64,000 nt of DNA from the IMG/VR virus record IMGVR_UViG_3300050034_000187, positions 131,762 through 195,761 of that record. One strand, 5' to 3'. How positions within the stretch are numbered: position 1 is the stretch's first letter; every line of letters starts with the position of its first letter. Shown here piece by piece: positions 19,070 through 29,040 of this stretch. The DNA is from a virus. Made by a program: the position numbers and the translations under genes. The notes beneath the pieces are model-generated. The model was not told the DNA's origin. It did not search any database and worked only from the letters and a program-made list of their open reading frames with translations.

Positions 19070-19336
19070 ATGAAATTTAAAGTTGGTGATTATATTAGAA
19101 ATGTAGATAGCACCATTGATGATAGAGTATGGAAAATAATAGCATTGGCTTTTGATGAAAATCAATATGTATTAGACTTAAAATTTTTTGTAAATATTGC
19201 AATTCCGTATTCTTACAGCATTATTGGTGATTGCTCCTTAAAGCCATTTGTTAGCTATGGTGAAGTTATACTGACAGACCGTACCATGGAAAAAGTATCA
19301 GATGAAGAAATATTGCAATTGGAAATGGAGCAATAA
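19070..19336 (+). CDS. C-terminal-tag family
   Basis: MKFKVGDYI…VSDEEILQLEMEQ. Confidence 0.8.
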   Translation: MKFKVGDYIRNVDSTIDDRVWKIIALAFDENQYVLDLKFFVNIAIPYSYSIIGDCSLKPFVSYGEVILTDRTMEKVSDEEILQLEMEQ

Positions 19337-19578
19337 TGAAATTTAAAGTTGGTGATATAATTTGGTGGAAAGATCATTCTGATGCTGATGATTGTCGTAT
19401 TTGGAAAATTGTTGAAATATTAAAACATGGTGAATATATGATTGTTATATATCGAAGAATGTCTGGAGATTATCCAAGTTATGAAGAGTTGAGGTTATTT
19501 AAATTAACTTCGGACATAGCTGGTGGGATGGAAAAAGTATCATCGGAAGAAATTATGCAACTTGACATGGAATTATAA
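19336..19578 (+). CDS. C-terminal-tag family
   Basis: MKFKVGDII…VSSEEIMQLDMEL. Confidence 0.8.
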   Translation: MKFKVGDIIWWKDHSDADDCRIWKIVEILKHGEYMIVIYRRMSGDYPSYEELRLFKLTSDIAGGMEKVSSEEIMQLDMEL

Positions 19579-19638
19579 GAACATTTGAAATAACATTTGT
19601 TAACGAGTAAACTGGTATTATAACAAGGAGAAACAACA

Positions 19639-20352
19639 TTGATTATTGACGCACTCAAGGAAATTATCGCACATACTTATTCACTCTCATTAGAAAAGGT
19701 GAAGGTATTAGGAACCGAAGATTCCACGACTTTTATTTCACAAGCAAACAACATTTATCTTAATAGTGAATTTAAAAATCCTATTCCAGAATTTTCTGGT
19801 ATGTTTGGATTACATGATTTGGCACGGTTGAATACCATTGTTAATATTCCAGAATATTCAGAAAATGCAAAGGTTTCAATTAAGGAATCAAATGGTATTC
19901 CTTCTAGTATCACTTTTGTAAATGAGAAGGGCGATTTTAAGAATGAATATCGATTTATGGCTCATGCGGTAATTGATGAGGAAGTTCCAAGCCGAACCAT
20001 TCGTTCAATTCCATGGGATATCACAGTTATTCCAACTGTGCAAAGTATTCAACGATTGAAGTATCAAAGTCAAGCAACCGGAAATACCGTTACAACGTTT
20101 CGAGCATGGACTGAAAATGGTTCATTGAAGTTTGCTCTGGGCGAAGCGGGTTCTGTTTGTGGAGATTTTGAATTTTCTAATAATGTTCCTGATCGTATCA
20201 AGGAAGCAACAAATTGGCCATTGACCACCGTTTTGGCAGTTCTCTCTTTACAGGGAGAGAAGACCTTGAAAATTTATGGTGGTGGATTAATGGAAATCAC
20301 GGTGGATAGCGGATTTGCCATTCATCAATATAGTATTGGCGCAGTAATTTAA
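19639..20352 (+). CDS. DNA polymerase sliding clamp (gp45-like)
   Basis: 237 aa, alpha/beta pattern with FGLHDLARL (cf. gp45 AIYDLNGFL); same promoter class as pol/primase/SSB. Confidence 0.6.
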   Translation: MIIDALKEIIAHTYSLSLEKVKVLGTEDSTTFISQANNIYLNSEFKNPIPEFSGMFGLHDLARLNTIVNIPEYSENAKVSIKESNGIPSSITFVNEKGDFKNEYRFMAHAVIDEEVPSRTIRSIPWDITVIPTVQSIQRLKYQSQATGNTVTTFRAWTENGSLKFALGEAGSVCGDFEFSNNVPDRIKEATNWPLTTVLAVLSLQGEKTLKIYGGGLMEITVDSGFAIHQYSIGAVI

Positions 20353-20356
20353 AATA

Positions 20357-20380
20357 AAAGGAGCCGAAGGGCTCCTTTTT
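20357..20380 (+). terminator. intrinsic terminator
   Basis: AAAAGGAGC-CGAAGG-GCTCCTTTTT. Confidence 0.8.
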
Positions 20381-20417
20381 CATTGACATAATATAGAAAT
20401 CGCGGTATTATCTTTAC

Positions 20418-21245
20418 ATGAGCTACTTCAAAAGCAACGGCGAAATCTTCGAAGGAACGGTTTTTGATGCCAACGAAAAGAAGGGCATTGCCTATTATTC
20501 TTTTCAGGACAAGTGCCATAAATGTGGTGGCGCTGGCGGTAGGCCCGAGTGGAATTATACCGGGTGGGTTTGCTTTCGTTGTGGTGGAAGCGGTCTGGAA
20601 GCGGTTAAAACGGACAAGGTTTATAATGCCGTGGCATATGCAAAGATGGATGCTGCTCGTGCCAAGCGTGCCATTGCTAAGAAGATTAAGGATGATATCA
20701 AGGTTGCAGAGTATAAAGCAAAGCAGGAAGAGATTGCTGCAACTATTCGGGAAAAGGGACTTGCATTTTCCAAAGAGCATTCCGAGGAAATTTCTTTCTT
20801 GAATAATTATCAAGAGAATCTTTCCAACGAAAATGCCAAGTATAATGATTTTCTTTCGTCTCTATACGCCATGTTTGATAAGAATGGATATTTGAGCGAT
20901 AATCAACTTGCCTCTATTCAAAAGATGCTTGCCGCCAAGAAAGAACTTTCCGAATCTAGTTTTATTGATGCAAATATCGGAGATAAGATTGAAAAGAGTC
21001 TTACTTTGGTGAAAGCATTCACCTTCAAAACTTCATACTCATATTATTCTTGCTCGACCATCTATATCATGAAGGATGAAGATGGGAATTATTATAAGTA
21101 TTGCGGATCGACTGGCAAGAATGTTCCAGAAGTTATTGGAGAAACCCGCAAAATTCAATTCACCATCAAGGAATTTTCAACCTATAATGATATGAAGCAA
21201 ACTGTCATCGCTCGTCCTAAGCTGCTTGATTCAATTGCAGCTTAG
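20418..21245 (+). CDS. Zn-finger (CxxCGG x2) plus OB-like C-terminal domain protein
   Basis: CHKCGGAG…CFRCGGSG; GYLSDNQL; leaderless promoter. Confidence 0.65.
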   Translation: MSYFKSNGEIFEGTVFDANEKKGIAYYSFQDKCHKCGGAGGRPEWNYTGWVCFRCGGSGLEAVKTDKVYNAVAYAKMDAARAKRAIAKKIKDDIKVAEYKAKQEEIAATIREKGLAFSKEHSEEISFLNNYQENLSNENAKYNDFLSSLYAMFDKNGYLSDNQLASIQKMLAAKKELSESSFIDANIGDKIEKSLTLVKAFTFKTSYSYYSCSTIYIMKDEDGNYYKYCGSTGKNVPEVIGETRKIQFTIKEFSTYNDMKQTVIARPKLLDSIAA

Positions 21246-21264
21246 GCTTTAAAAGGAGATTGAA

Positions 21265-22650
21265 TTGTACACAATTATTTTTATTACTGCGCTAATTTCT
21301 TTGGGAATTGGATTAGCTATCAAAATTATTGATGGAAGAAAATTTTCATGGATTGAATTTACAATCGGGATTGGTGTAAGTGTTTTTATTATTGGCCCGG
21401 CGGTTGCACATATTGGATATAGCTTATCCAAAAATAATTTAACTGAATTTTCAGAATATCGAAATGGTTGGGAACTATCCGCAAATAAGAGTATGGTAGA
21501 ATGCACGCGTGATGGAAGCTGTCATTATACATATGATTGTGATCCATATACGGTTGTTGTTCCAGAAACTTCCTGTGATAGCAAAGGAACCTGCCATACT
21601 ACTTATCATACCGAAACCAAGTACCATGATTGCCCCTATTCTTCGGAAGAAGATAGCTATAGCATTCATACCACGTTAGGTGATTATAATATCGCAAGCG
21701 GAGTATTCCCAAACAATCCTCAGCAGCATCGCTATCGCGACTATGAGGCTATTCCTGCCTCTGTTATCTCTTCGGCGGGGGTCGGCTCACCAAATTTTTG
21801 GAATGCTGCCTACACTCGAATTAAGAATGGCAGTCCGGGTCCTGTTGCTATTCGAGCGAATTATAAAAATTATATTCTTGCCAGTGACAATACCATTTTG
21901 AAGCAATATTCAAATGATATTTCTACCTATCAAAAGAAGGGATTGCTTCCTTCAATTAATTCAACCATTGAAGATACTTATCATGCTCGGAAGGTATATT
22001 TTGTGGGAGTACCGGCAAATAATTATTGGGATTGGGAAAGTAGAATGCAATATCTTGATTCCGCGCTCGGAAGCGAACGGCAAGGTGATGCTCACTTAAT
22101 TATTGTCAATGCTAACATGATAGATAATCCAGATAATTATATTCTGGCAGTAAAAAGCTATTGGCAAGATAAGAAAATATTTGATAAAAATACTTTGGCA
22201 AAGAATGGTATTCTAATTGTGGCAGGAACTACTAATGGCAAAACCGTTTCTTGGATGAGAGCTACCACAGGAATGCCCATTGGAAATCAACAGTTAATCA
22301 CGGCATTTCAAAATGTAGCAAGTATTCCGTTGACTCCTTTAGCAGTGATCGGAAATACATATTCTAAGATTGACAAAGGGGTGGTTAAGACTTATCATAT
22401 GAATGGAGCAATTGAGAATATTCTTTGGAATAATACCACCGGATTTCGTCGTGTAAGTATGTCTGGAAAGAATGGTCCCGGATTTAAATACCTTTTAGAT
22501 GAAATTCAACCAACAACTGGCGGAACCATTTTAATTTATTTCATTGCAATTCTATTGGATATTGTGTTATGGTGTATGTTGATTTACATTTCTGAGCAAA
22601 TGGTTTCATCATCAAATCATTCAACCACCTCGCATAACAACTTTTTGTAG
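21265..22650 (+). CDS. membrane protein with large Cys-containing extracytoplasmic domain
   Basis: Two N-terminal TMs, C-terminal TM, CTRDGSC…CDPY…CDSKGTC. Confidence 0.7.
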   Translation: MYTIIFITALISLGIGLAIKIIDGRKFSWIEFTIGIGVSVFIIGPAVAHIGYSLSKNNLTEFSEYRNGWELSANKSMVECTRDGSCHYTYDCDPYTVVVPETSCDSKGTCHTTYHTETKYHDCPYSSEEDSYSIHTTLGDYNIASGVFPNNPQQHRYRDYEAIPASVISSAGVGSPNFWNAAYTRIKNGSPGPVAIRANYKNYILASDNTILKQYSNDISTYQKKGLLPSINSTIEDTYHARKVYFVGVPANNYWDWESRMQYLDSALGSERQGDAHLIIVNANMIDNPDNYILAVKSYWQDKKIFDKNTLAKNGILIVAGTTNGKTVSWMRATTGMPIGNQQLITAFQNVASIPLTPLAVIGNTYSKIDKGVVKTYHMNGAIENILWNNTTGFRRVSMSGKNGPGFKYLLDEIQPTTGGTILIYFIAILLDIVLWCMLIYISEQMVSSSNHSTTSHNNFL

Positions 22651-22663
22651 AAAGGAATACTCC

Positions 22664-22900
22664 ATGGCAATTAAAGCAGATGAAAATAATGCACTTCTTC
22701 CCTATGGATTACGGGTTGCATTCAAGTTATCCGATGAAATTTTTGGAAAAGGGATTATCTATGGTTGTGTCAATAATGGAGCAGCTATCATTGGCCGGGG
22801 ATATGCGGTGAAGTATGATGAAATTTCAATTGATTATCATGAATATCCGATGATCACCGCATTCGAATGTCAACTAACAATTATTAATCAGGAGGATTAA
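22664..22900 (+). CDS. hypothetical protein
   Basis: AAGGA SD. Confidence 0.55.
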   Translation: MAIKADENNALLPYGLRVAFKLSDEIFGKGIIYGCVNNGAAIIGRGYAVKYDEISIDYHEYPMITAFECQLTIINQED

Positions 22901-23536
22901 ATGAGTAAAACAGGCAATATTATTTTGGGAATTTTCGTAGCAATTGTAGCAGTTATTTTATTTTCAACTATCGGCGCTTTTTCGTATGTCAATTCAATTC
23001 GCAATGAAGGAGTTGGGTATGAATCTCAACTTAATGCTCAGTATCTTTCAAATCAAAACTATCTAAGTTCGTATATTTCCGGATTTTACGAGCAGACTGG
23101 CCTTGTTAAGTATAAGAGTGAAAAGCTTGATCAGATTTTAAGTGATTATGCCAAGGGACGTTCTGGTGGAAGCGACAAGGAAGATCGTGGTAATTTTATT
23201 AATGCTGTTCATGAGGCTGCACCAGATCTTTCTGGATTGAATATTGCAGACAAGATGTTGGCATATGTTTCATCTGGTCGAGCCGGTTATCGAGATAAGC
23301 AGGATCAGCTTCTTGATCTATTGCGTAGTTATGATAAGTGGCGTAATACTGGAATCTTTCAAAGTATGATTATTAAGAATGTTCTAAATTATCCATCTGA
23401 TAATTTAGAAGCGCGTATTGGTACAACCGTTGTTAGAGGTTCATCTGCTCGGGATAAGATGTATGAGATTGTGCTTGCGCCGCAAGCCAAGACTGCATAT
23501 CAATCTGGCGAAATGACTCCTCTCAGTATTAAGTAA
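22901..23536 (+). CDS. membrane-anchored LemA-like helical protein
   Basis: N-terminal TM followed by long helices; GGAGG SD. Confidence 0.55.
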   Translation: MSKTGNIILGIFVAIVAVILFSTIGAFSYVNSIRNEGVGYESQLNAQYLSNQNYLSSYISGFYEQTGLVKYKSEKLDQILSDYAKGRSGGSDKEDRGNFINAVHEAAPDLSGLNIADKMLAYVSSGRAGYRDKQDQLLDLLRSYDKWRNTGIFQSMIIKNVLNYPSDNLEARIGTTVVRGSSARDKMYEIVLAPQAKTAYQSGEMTPLSIK

Positions 23537-23771
23537 TGAAAATTTATTGTGCTGGATGACTATATTGAAGTTGTCCAGCATAATAAATTACTTGTCAGAT
23601 GTGCGCGGCTTAAATAATTTAATATTTAACCTCGTCGGCAAGAATTCTCCCACCTCAATGAGTCTCAACGAATAGGTGGGAGATGAATTGCCGTCCTTAC
23701 TTATGTTGTAATTGCTAATACTTCCCCTTCATGATATAATCAGTAGTATAACGATGAATGGAGGAAATACA

Positions 23772-24173
23772 ATGGATTTAGACAACAATAATCATTCAGT
23801 ATTCTTGATGTATTATCATCTAGTCTTTGTCGTAAAGTACCGTAGAAAAGTTATTGACGATACTGTTTCTTCTAGCCTAAAAGGAATATTTGAGCGCATA
23901 TCACCAAACTACAATATCTCCTTACAAGAATGGAATCACGACAAAGATCATGTTCATGTACTGTTCAAGGCTCACCCTAATACCGAGTTATCAAAATTCA
24001 TCAACTCCTATAAGAGTGCTTCATCACGATTGATTAAGAAAGAGTATCCTCAAATTCGTAAATCATTGTGGAAAGAGTACTTTTGGTCAAGAAGTTTTTG
24101 TTTACTTACTACTGGTGGCGCGCCTATTGACGTTGTGAAGAGATATATCGAAAGCCAAGGTGAGAAGTTATGA
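23772..24173 (+). CDS. tnpA: IS200/IS605 Y1 transposase
   Basis: YHLVFVVKYRR, HUH motif DHVHVL, FWSRSF, YIESQ. Confidence 0.95.
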   Translation: MDLDNNNHSVFLMYYHLVFVVKYRRKVIDDTVSSSLKGIFERISPNYNISLQEWNHDKDHVHVLFKAHPNTELSKFINSYKSASSRLIKKEYPQIRKSLWKEYFWSRSFCLLTTGGAPIDVVKRYIESQGEKL

Positions 24174-25243
24174 TTAAGGCTTTCAAGTACCGCATATACC
24201 CAAACAATGAGCAACGTGAATATTTTGCTAAGACGTTTGGTTGTACTAGATTCGTGTATAATCGGATGTTGCATGACAAGATCGAACATTACAAAACTAC
24301 TGAGCAAACTCTAAAGAATACACCAGCACAATATAAGGATGAATTCCCTTGGCTAAAAGAAGTGGACAGCCTAGCACTTGCTAATGCTCAAATGAATTTA
24401 GAAAAGGCTTATAAAAACTTCTTTCGAGATAAAAGTGTTGGTTTTCCAAAATTCAAGAGCAAAAAGAATAATCACCGTAGTTATACCACCAATAACCAGA
24501 AGGGTACTGTGTCGATTGAGAATAGGCATATCAAACTACCTAAACTAAAATCAATGGTCAGAATTAAGCAACATAGGTTATTTGATGGTTTGATAAAGTC
24601 TTGCACTGTCTCGCAAACTCCAAGTGGTAAATACTTTGTATCAATATTGGTTGAATGTGAGATTGAGAAACTACCACAATTAGAAACTAAAGTGGGTATT
24701 GATGTTGGTATAAAAACTTTTGCCTTTATGTCCAATGGTAAAGAAATTGCAAATCCTAAGCACCTCAGAAAGTCAGAAAAGCGACTTGCTAAACTACAAA
24801 AAGACCTGTCCAGAAAACAAAAAGGCAGTCGCAATCGTGCCAAGGCTAGAATCAAAGTTGCTACACTACATGAGAAAATAAGCAACCAAAGACTTGATTT
24901 CCTACACAAAATATCTTTTGAAATTATCCGCGATAACCAAGCAATAGTTCTCGAAGATTTGAAAATCAAGAACATGGTCAAAAACCATAAGCTGGCAAAA
25001 TCCATCTCAGAAGTGTCATGGGGAATGTTTAGAGCAATGATTGAATATAAGGCTGAATGGTACGGTAGAGAGGTTATTATTGCGCCTCCCAATTATGCCA
25101 GTAGCCAACTTTGTTCTGAATGTGGCAATAAATCGAGTCAAACAAAAGATTTGTCTTGCAGAACTTATATGTGTCCCGTATGTGGTTTAGAGATTGATCG
25201 GGACTATAATGCAAGCCTAAATCTACTAAAGTTAGCTGTGTAA
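24170..25243 (+). CDS. tnpB: RNA-guided endonuclease TnpB
   Basis: KAFKYRIYP HTH, GIDVG, LEDL, SSQLCSECG…CPVCG, DRDYNASLN. Confidence 0.95.
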   Translation: MIKAFKYRIYPNNEQREYFAKTFGCTRFVYNRMLHDKIEHYKTTEQTLKNTPAQYKDEFPWLKEVDSLALANAQMNLEKAYKNFFRDKSVGFPKFKSKKNNHRSYTTNNQKGTVSIENRHIKLPKLKSMVRIKQHRLFDGLIKSCTVSQTPSGKYFVSILVECEIEKLPQLETKVGIDVGIKTFAFMSNGKEIANPKHLRKSEKRLAKLQKDLSRKQKGSRNRAKARIKVATLHEKISNQRLDFLHKISFEIIRDNQAIVLEDLKIKNMVKNHKLAKSISEVSWGMFRAMIEYKAEWYGREVIIAPPNYASSQLCSECGNKSSQTKDLSCRTYMCPVCGLEIDRDYNASLNLLKLAV

Positions 25244-25359
25244 ATACAAGATATATAGCTAATCGGGATAGGACATATCCTTAGAGCTTGGTAATTATGC
25301 TGGCGTTAGTCGGTACGTCCCAAGAAGCCCCCACCTCTTAGGCGGTGGGAGTATGTCAC

Positions 25360-25426
25360 AGGAAGTATTCGTGGATATAATATGCTATTAAGAGAAGAAG
25401 CACTGCAATATAAACTGGAGTTATAA
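25360..25426 (+). pseudogene. 3' remnant of a tag-family gene interrupted by the IS605 element
   Basis: GSIRGYNMLLREEALQYKLEL-stop directly after the IS; DDYIEVV 5' remnant near 23556. Confidence 0.6.
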
Positions 25427-25427
25427 A

Positions 25428-25682
25428 ATGGACGAATATAAAATTGGAGATTATATTGAAGTTATCAAAGACAATGATGAAATTATGATTTGTATAATTG
25501 ATAACATATATAGTGAAGAAATTCATGCTATGATTCTAGGTAGGTATCGCGACGATAGTTATGGGTGGATACTGCCCATTAATAAAGGATCTCTTTTTGA
25601 TAGACGCTTCTTTTCGTACCAAACAAAATCATATAGAAAATTATCAAATGAAGAGATTTTGCAATGGAAAATGGAGTTATAA
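25428..25682 (+). CDS. C-terminal-tag family
   Basis: MDEYKIGDYI…LSNEEILQWKMEL. Confidence 0.82.
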   Translation: MDEYKIGDYIEVIKDNDEIMICIIDNIYSEEIHAMILGRYRDDSYGWILPINKGSLFDRRFFSYQTKSYRKLSNEEILQWKMEL

Positions 25683-25683
25683 T

Positions 25684-25995
25684 ATGAAAAGTTATCCGCA
25701 TGGAATTAATCCATATTATGCATGGAACGGAGATTATTTACAAATTGGTGATATGGTGCAAGTTTTGGGAGGAATTGGGAAAATTGTTGATATATATCCA
25801 TATGGAAATTACAGCAATGCAAAGTTGGATACTCTTGATGATCAAAAATCGGCGGCAGAAATTGTAGTAAAACTTGAACATACTTCTTGGTTGCCCGTTG
25901 GAGCAATGCTTCATAGAAATTATAGACTTGAAACCAGTGATTATATAAGGAAAGTATCGCAAGAAGAAGTTATGCAATATATTATGGAATTGTAA
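25684..25995 (+). CDS. C-terminal-tag family
   Basis: LQIGDMV…VSQEEVMQYIMEL. Confidence 0.8.
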   Translation: MKSYPHGINPYYAWNGDYLQIGDMVQVLGGIGKIVDIYPYGNYSNAKLDTLDDQKSAAEIVVKLEHTSWLPVGAMLHRNYRLETSDYIRKVSQEEVMQYIMEL

Positions 25996-26004
25996 GGAGA
26001 ACGT

Positions 26005-26277
26005 ATGGTTAATGTTAATACTGGCAGAAATTTTAAAACTTACATTGCATGGAATGGTGATGAAGTAAATGTAGGAGATTACATCAAATATCAAAGATTG
26101 TTTCCTTGCGCCAAAGACTCGGAATCTTTATATATAAACAAAGTGGATTATTTTTATGAAAATCATAAGTTTGCTTCAATTGATAATGGAAAACACATAG
26201 TAGACCTCGATAGTTCCGATAAGTATTTGGGGAAAGCATCAAAAGAAGAATACCTACAATATATCATGGAGTTGTGA
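26005..26277 (+). CDS. C-terminal-tag family
   Basis: VNVGDYI…ASKEEYLQYIMEL. Confidence 0.8.
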   Translation: MVNVNTGRNFKTYIAWNGDEVNVGDYIKYQRLFPCAKDSESLYINKVDYFYENHKFASIDNGKHIVDLDSSDKYLGKASKEEYLQYIMEL

Positions 26278-26278
26278 A

Positions 26279-26530
26279 ATGGACGAATATAAAATTGGAG
26301 ATTATTTGGAAGTTATCAAAGACAATGATGAAATTATGATTTGTATAATTGATAGAATCGATGACAAAGATATTATTACCGTTCCGTTTGATAAAGTCAA
26401 TTGTTATCAGAATGTTTGGCTTCTTCCTCTATATTTGTCTAAACTCACTAATGCAATGTTGGGATATATTACGAAAGCATATCGAAAATTATCAAATGAA
26501 GAAGTATTGCAATGGAAAATGGAGCAATAA
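26279..26530 (+). CDS. C-terminal-tag family
   Basis: MDEYKIGDYL…LSNEEVLQWKMEQ. Confidence 0.82.
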   Translation: MDEYKIGDYLEVIKDNDEIMICIIDRIDDKDIITVPFDKVNCYQNVWLLPLYLSKLTNAMLGYITKAYRKLSNEEVLQWKMEQ

Positions 26531-26534
26531 TGAA

Positions 26535-26804
26535 ATGGTGAGCGCATGGACCGGAGAAAAATTAGAAATCAATGATATAGTACAGGTTGATGGTGGAGTT
26601 GGAATAATTCAACAAATTTCCACTAGGAATACTGCGCTGGCGGTAGCATCGGATTATATTGTGGTTAAATTATTGGTTAAATTTAAAGTAAATGACTATC
26701 CAGACTATCCAACAACAGTCAGACGAAATTATACTGTTAAATCAAATGATTTTGTAAGAAAATTATCAAATGAAGAATTACTTCAACTTCAAATGGAGCA
26801 ATAA
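26535..26804 (+). CDS. C-terminal-tag family
   Basis: LEINDIV…LSNEELLQLQMEQ. Confidence 0.75.
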   Translation: MVSAWTGEKLEINDIVQVDGGVGIIQQISTRNTALAVASDYIVVKLLVKFKVNDYPDYPTTVRRNYTVKSNDFVRKLSNEELLQLQMEQ

Positions 26805-27035
26805 ATGAAATATGCAAAAGGTGATTATATTGAAGTTACCCCCGAGGATGGAAAAATATTCGTGGGGAAAATTTCTTCAATAGATTCTATTCGATTTTAT
26901 ATTAAAAGCGGTCCATCTCATACTCAATGGTTCTTGCCCTTAAATAAGTTGCATCTAAGAAATCGTAATTATAATACCAAAGCATATCGAAAATTATCAA
27001 ATGAAGAAGTATTGCAATGGAAAATGGAATTATAA
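26805..27035 (+). CDS. C-terminal-tag family
   Basis: MKYAKGDYI…LSNEEVLQWKMEL. Confidence 0.82.
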   Translation: MKYAKGDYIEVTPEDGKIFVGKISSIDSIRFYIKSGPSHTQWFLPLNKLHLRNRNYNTKAYRKLSNEEVLQWKMEL

Positions 27036-27122
27036 TTATCTTGCAATCTGTGTTACAACCGTTCATCACAAATATAATATTTAGTATTAAAATGTATAAA
27101 TTTATATGAGATAAATAAACAT

Positions 27123-27692
27123 ATGAGATTAAAAGAATATGCAAAATTACAAGGTATTACTTATCAAACCGCGTGGAATTGGTTCAAATCTGGATTAATT
27201 TTGAATGCCTATCAAATGCCAACAGGCACAATTATTGTTCCCATTGACAATGACATCACAAATAAAGAAAAAATAATCAATGTTATCTATTGTCGAGTTA
27301 GCAATCAATCAAGAAAAAAAGAACTAGAATACCAAGTTAAACGAGTTGAAGATTATTGCATAGCAAATGGAATGACAATTTCAAGAGTATATAAAGAAGT
27401 AGCATCTGGAATGAATGATAATAGGCTTCAATTATGGAAAATGATAAATTCGAAACCAACTACCATAATTGTGGAAAACAAAGATAGATTGACTCGATTT
27501 GGTTTTAGATATATTAAAAATTTACTAGAAAAACTAGATACAAAAATAATTGTAATTCATGAAGATGCCACCGATGAACAGGACTTAATTAAAGATTTGG
27601 TATCAATTATTACCAGTTTTTGTTGTAGATTATATGGTATGCGTCGTGGTTATAAAAAGGCGCAAGAAATAAAGAATACCGCCATTTCTTAA
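27123..27692 (+). CDS. tnpA: IS607 serine recombinase/transposase
   Basis: N-terminal MerR-like HTH, YCRVS catalytic Ser, EVASG, DRLTRFGF, SFCCRLYGMR. Confidence 0.93.
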   Translation: MRLKEYAKLQGITYQTAWNWFKSGLILNAYQMPTGTIIVPIDNDITNKEKIINVIYCRVSNQSRKKELEYQVKRVEDYCIANGMTISRVYKEVASGMNDNRLQLWKMINSKPTTIIVENKDRLTRFGFRYIKNLLEKLDTKIIVIHEDATDEQDLIKDLVSIITSFCCRLYGMRRGYKKAQEIKNTAIS

Positions 27693-27738
27693 ATGATAGT
27701 TTTTTATAAATTTATATAAATAGATATAGAAGAGAATA

Positions 27739-29040
27739 ATGTTACTTATTAGATCAACAAATCACAGCACGAAATATACCAATTCAGATAAGAAAAATAA
27801 TCTGAAAGAATTTCTTATTGAATATACCAAAATAATTTGGTGGTTTGTTGACTATTTTTGGGATAATAAAATTATATGGAATAATAAAACACTTGATATT
27901 AAAAATAATAAATTAGAGTGCCCAAAATTTATTTCAACTACAAATATTAAAGTTCCTTCGGAACTATCTGCTCGGGCGATTAAATTAGCAAGTAGTGCCG
28001 CGCTGGGTATTATTTCAAGCCGAATTGAAAAAAGAAAACGGCAATTTTATGTTCTTAATAAAAAACAACATCTGGATGATAAAGTAGCAAGTGCTAAAAT
28101 TCAATCTAAAATTGATAGCACACCATTAACTAAACCAGAAAGAATCAATAATAAGTTATTTGCTAATTTGGATAGTAATTGCTGTGATTTTCAAAATGAG
28201 CATAATAAGAAATTTGATGGGTTCTTGGAATTAAAATCCATCTGGAAAACAAGACGAGGATTTAAAATTCGAATTCCAATTAAATTTACAAAGTGCAGTA
28301 ATAAATTTAAAAATAATAAATGGAATTTAAAAACTAGTTGGAATATTTCATTAGATCAAGTAACGGCTCGTTGGGAAAAAGATATTGCAATCTCCGTTGG
28401 TAATAAAATTATAGGCGGAGATCAGGGTGCAACTACCTGCTTATCTCTATCCGATGGGCAAGTAACGGGTAAAAATAATGATGGTTATGACTTATCGTTC
28501 ATTATGAAAATACTATCAAGAAAGAAAAAAGGAAGTAAAGCATTTAAACGAGCCCAATGTCACCGAACAAATTATATTAATTGGAGTATTAAACAATTAG
28601 ATTTTAGTAACATAAAAGAATTTAGATTAGAAAAATTGTTTCAAGTTAGAAAAGGAAGGAAAATTAGTTCTTTTCTAGGTAGTTGGACATATACCCAAAT
28701 AAATGAAGCTATTGTAAATTCCTGTGAATTACTTGGGGTCCAAGTAATATTGCAAGACTCGACTTATAGAAGTCAGCGGTGTTCTTCATGTGGGTGGGTT
28801 CAAAAATCCAATAGGAAGAGAAAGGAGTTTATATGCCATGCGTGCGGAGAAATTCATGATGCAGATATAAATGGCGCTCTTAATCATGTAGTTGACTTAT
28901 ATCAACTCCCTACTTGGATTCGACAAAGGAAATTAAATATTGCTGGTTTTTATTGGTTAGAAACCGGAATATTTAATTCATTTGGTCGGGAGCTTACAGT
29001 CCCCGATGAATATAAAAATGCTTTATATTCATTTATATAA
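27739..29040 (+). CDS. tnpB: TnpB-like RuvC nuclease (IS607 type)
   Basis: GGDQG, RLEKL, SQRCSSCG…CHACG, DADINGALN. Confidence 0.88.
   Translation: MLLIRSTNHSTKYTNSDKKNNLKEFLIEYTKIIWWFVDYFWDNKIIWNNKTLDIKNNKLECPKFISTTNIKVPSELSARAIKLASSAALGIISSRIEKRKRQFYVLNKKQHLDDKVASAKIQSKIDSTPLTKPERINNKLFANLDSNCCDFQNEHNKKFDGFLELKSIWKTRRGFKIRIPIKFTKCSNKFKNNKWNLKTSWNISLDQVTARWEKDIAISVGNKIIGGDQGATTCLSLSDGQVTGKNNDGYDLSFIMKILSRKKKGSKAFKRAQCHRTNYINWSIKQLDFSNIKEFRLEKLFQVRKGRKISSFLGSWTYTQINEAIVNSCELLGVQVILQDSTYRSQRCSSCGWVQKSNRKRKEFICHACGEIHDADINGALNHVVDLYQLPTWIRQRKLNIAGFYWLETGIFNSFGRELTVPDEYKNALYSFI

Larger units (their letters stand above)
23630..25359 (+). mobile_element. IS200/IS605-family element (tnpA plus tnpB)
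   Basis: Left hairpin TCTCCCACCT…AGGTGGGAGA; right hairpin CCCACC…GGTGGGAG ending TATGTCAC at 25359; left boundary approximate. Confidence 0.9.
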
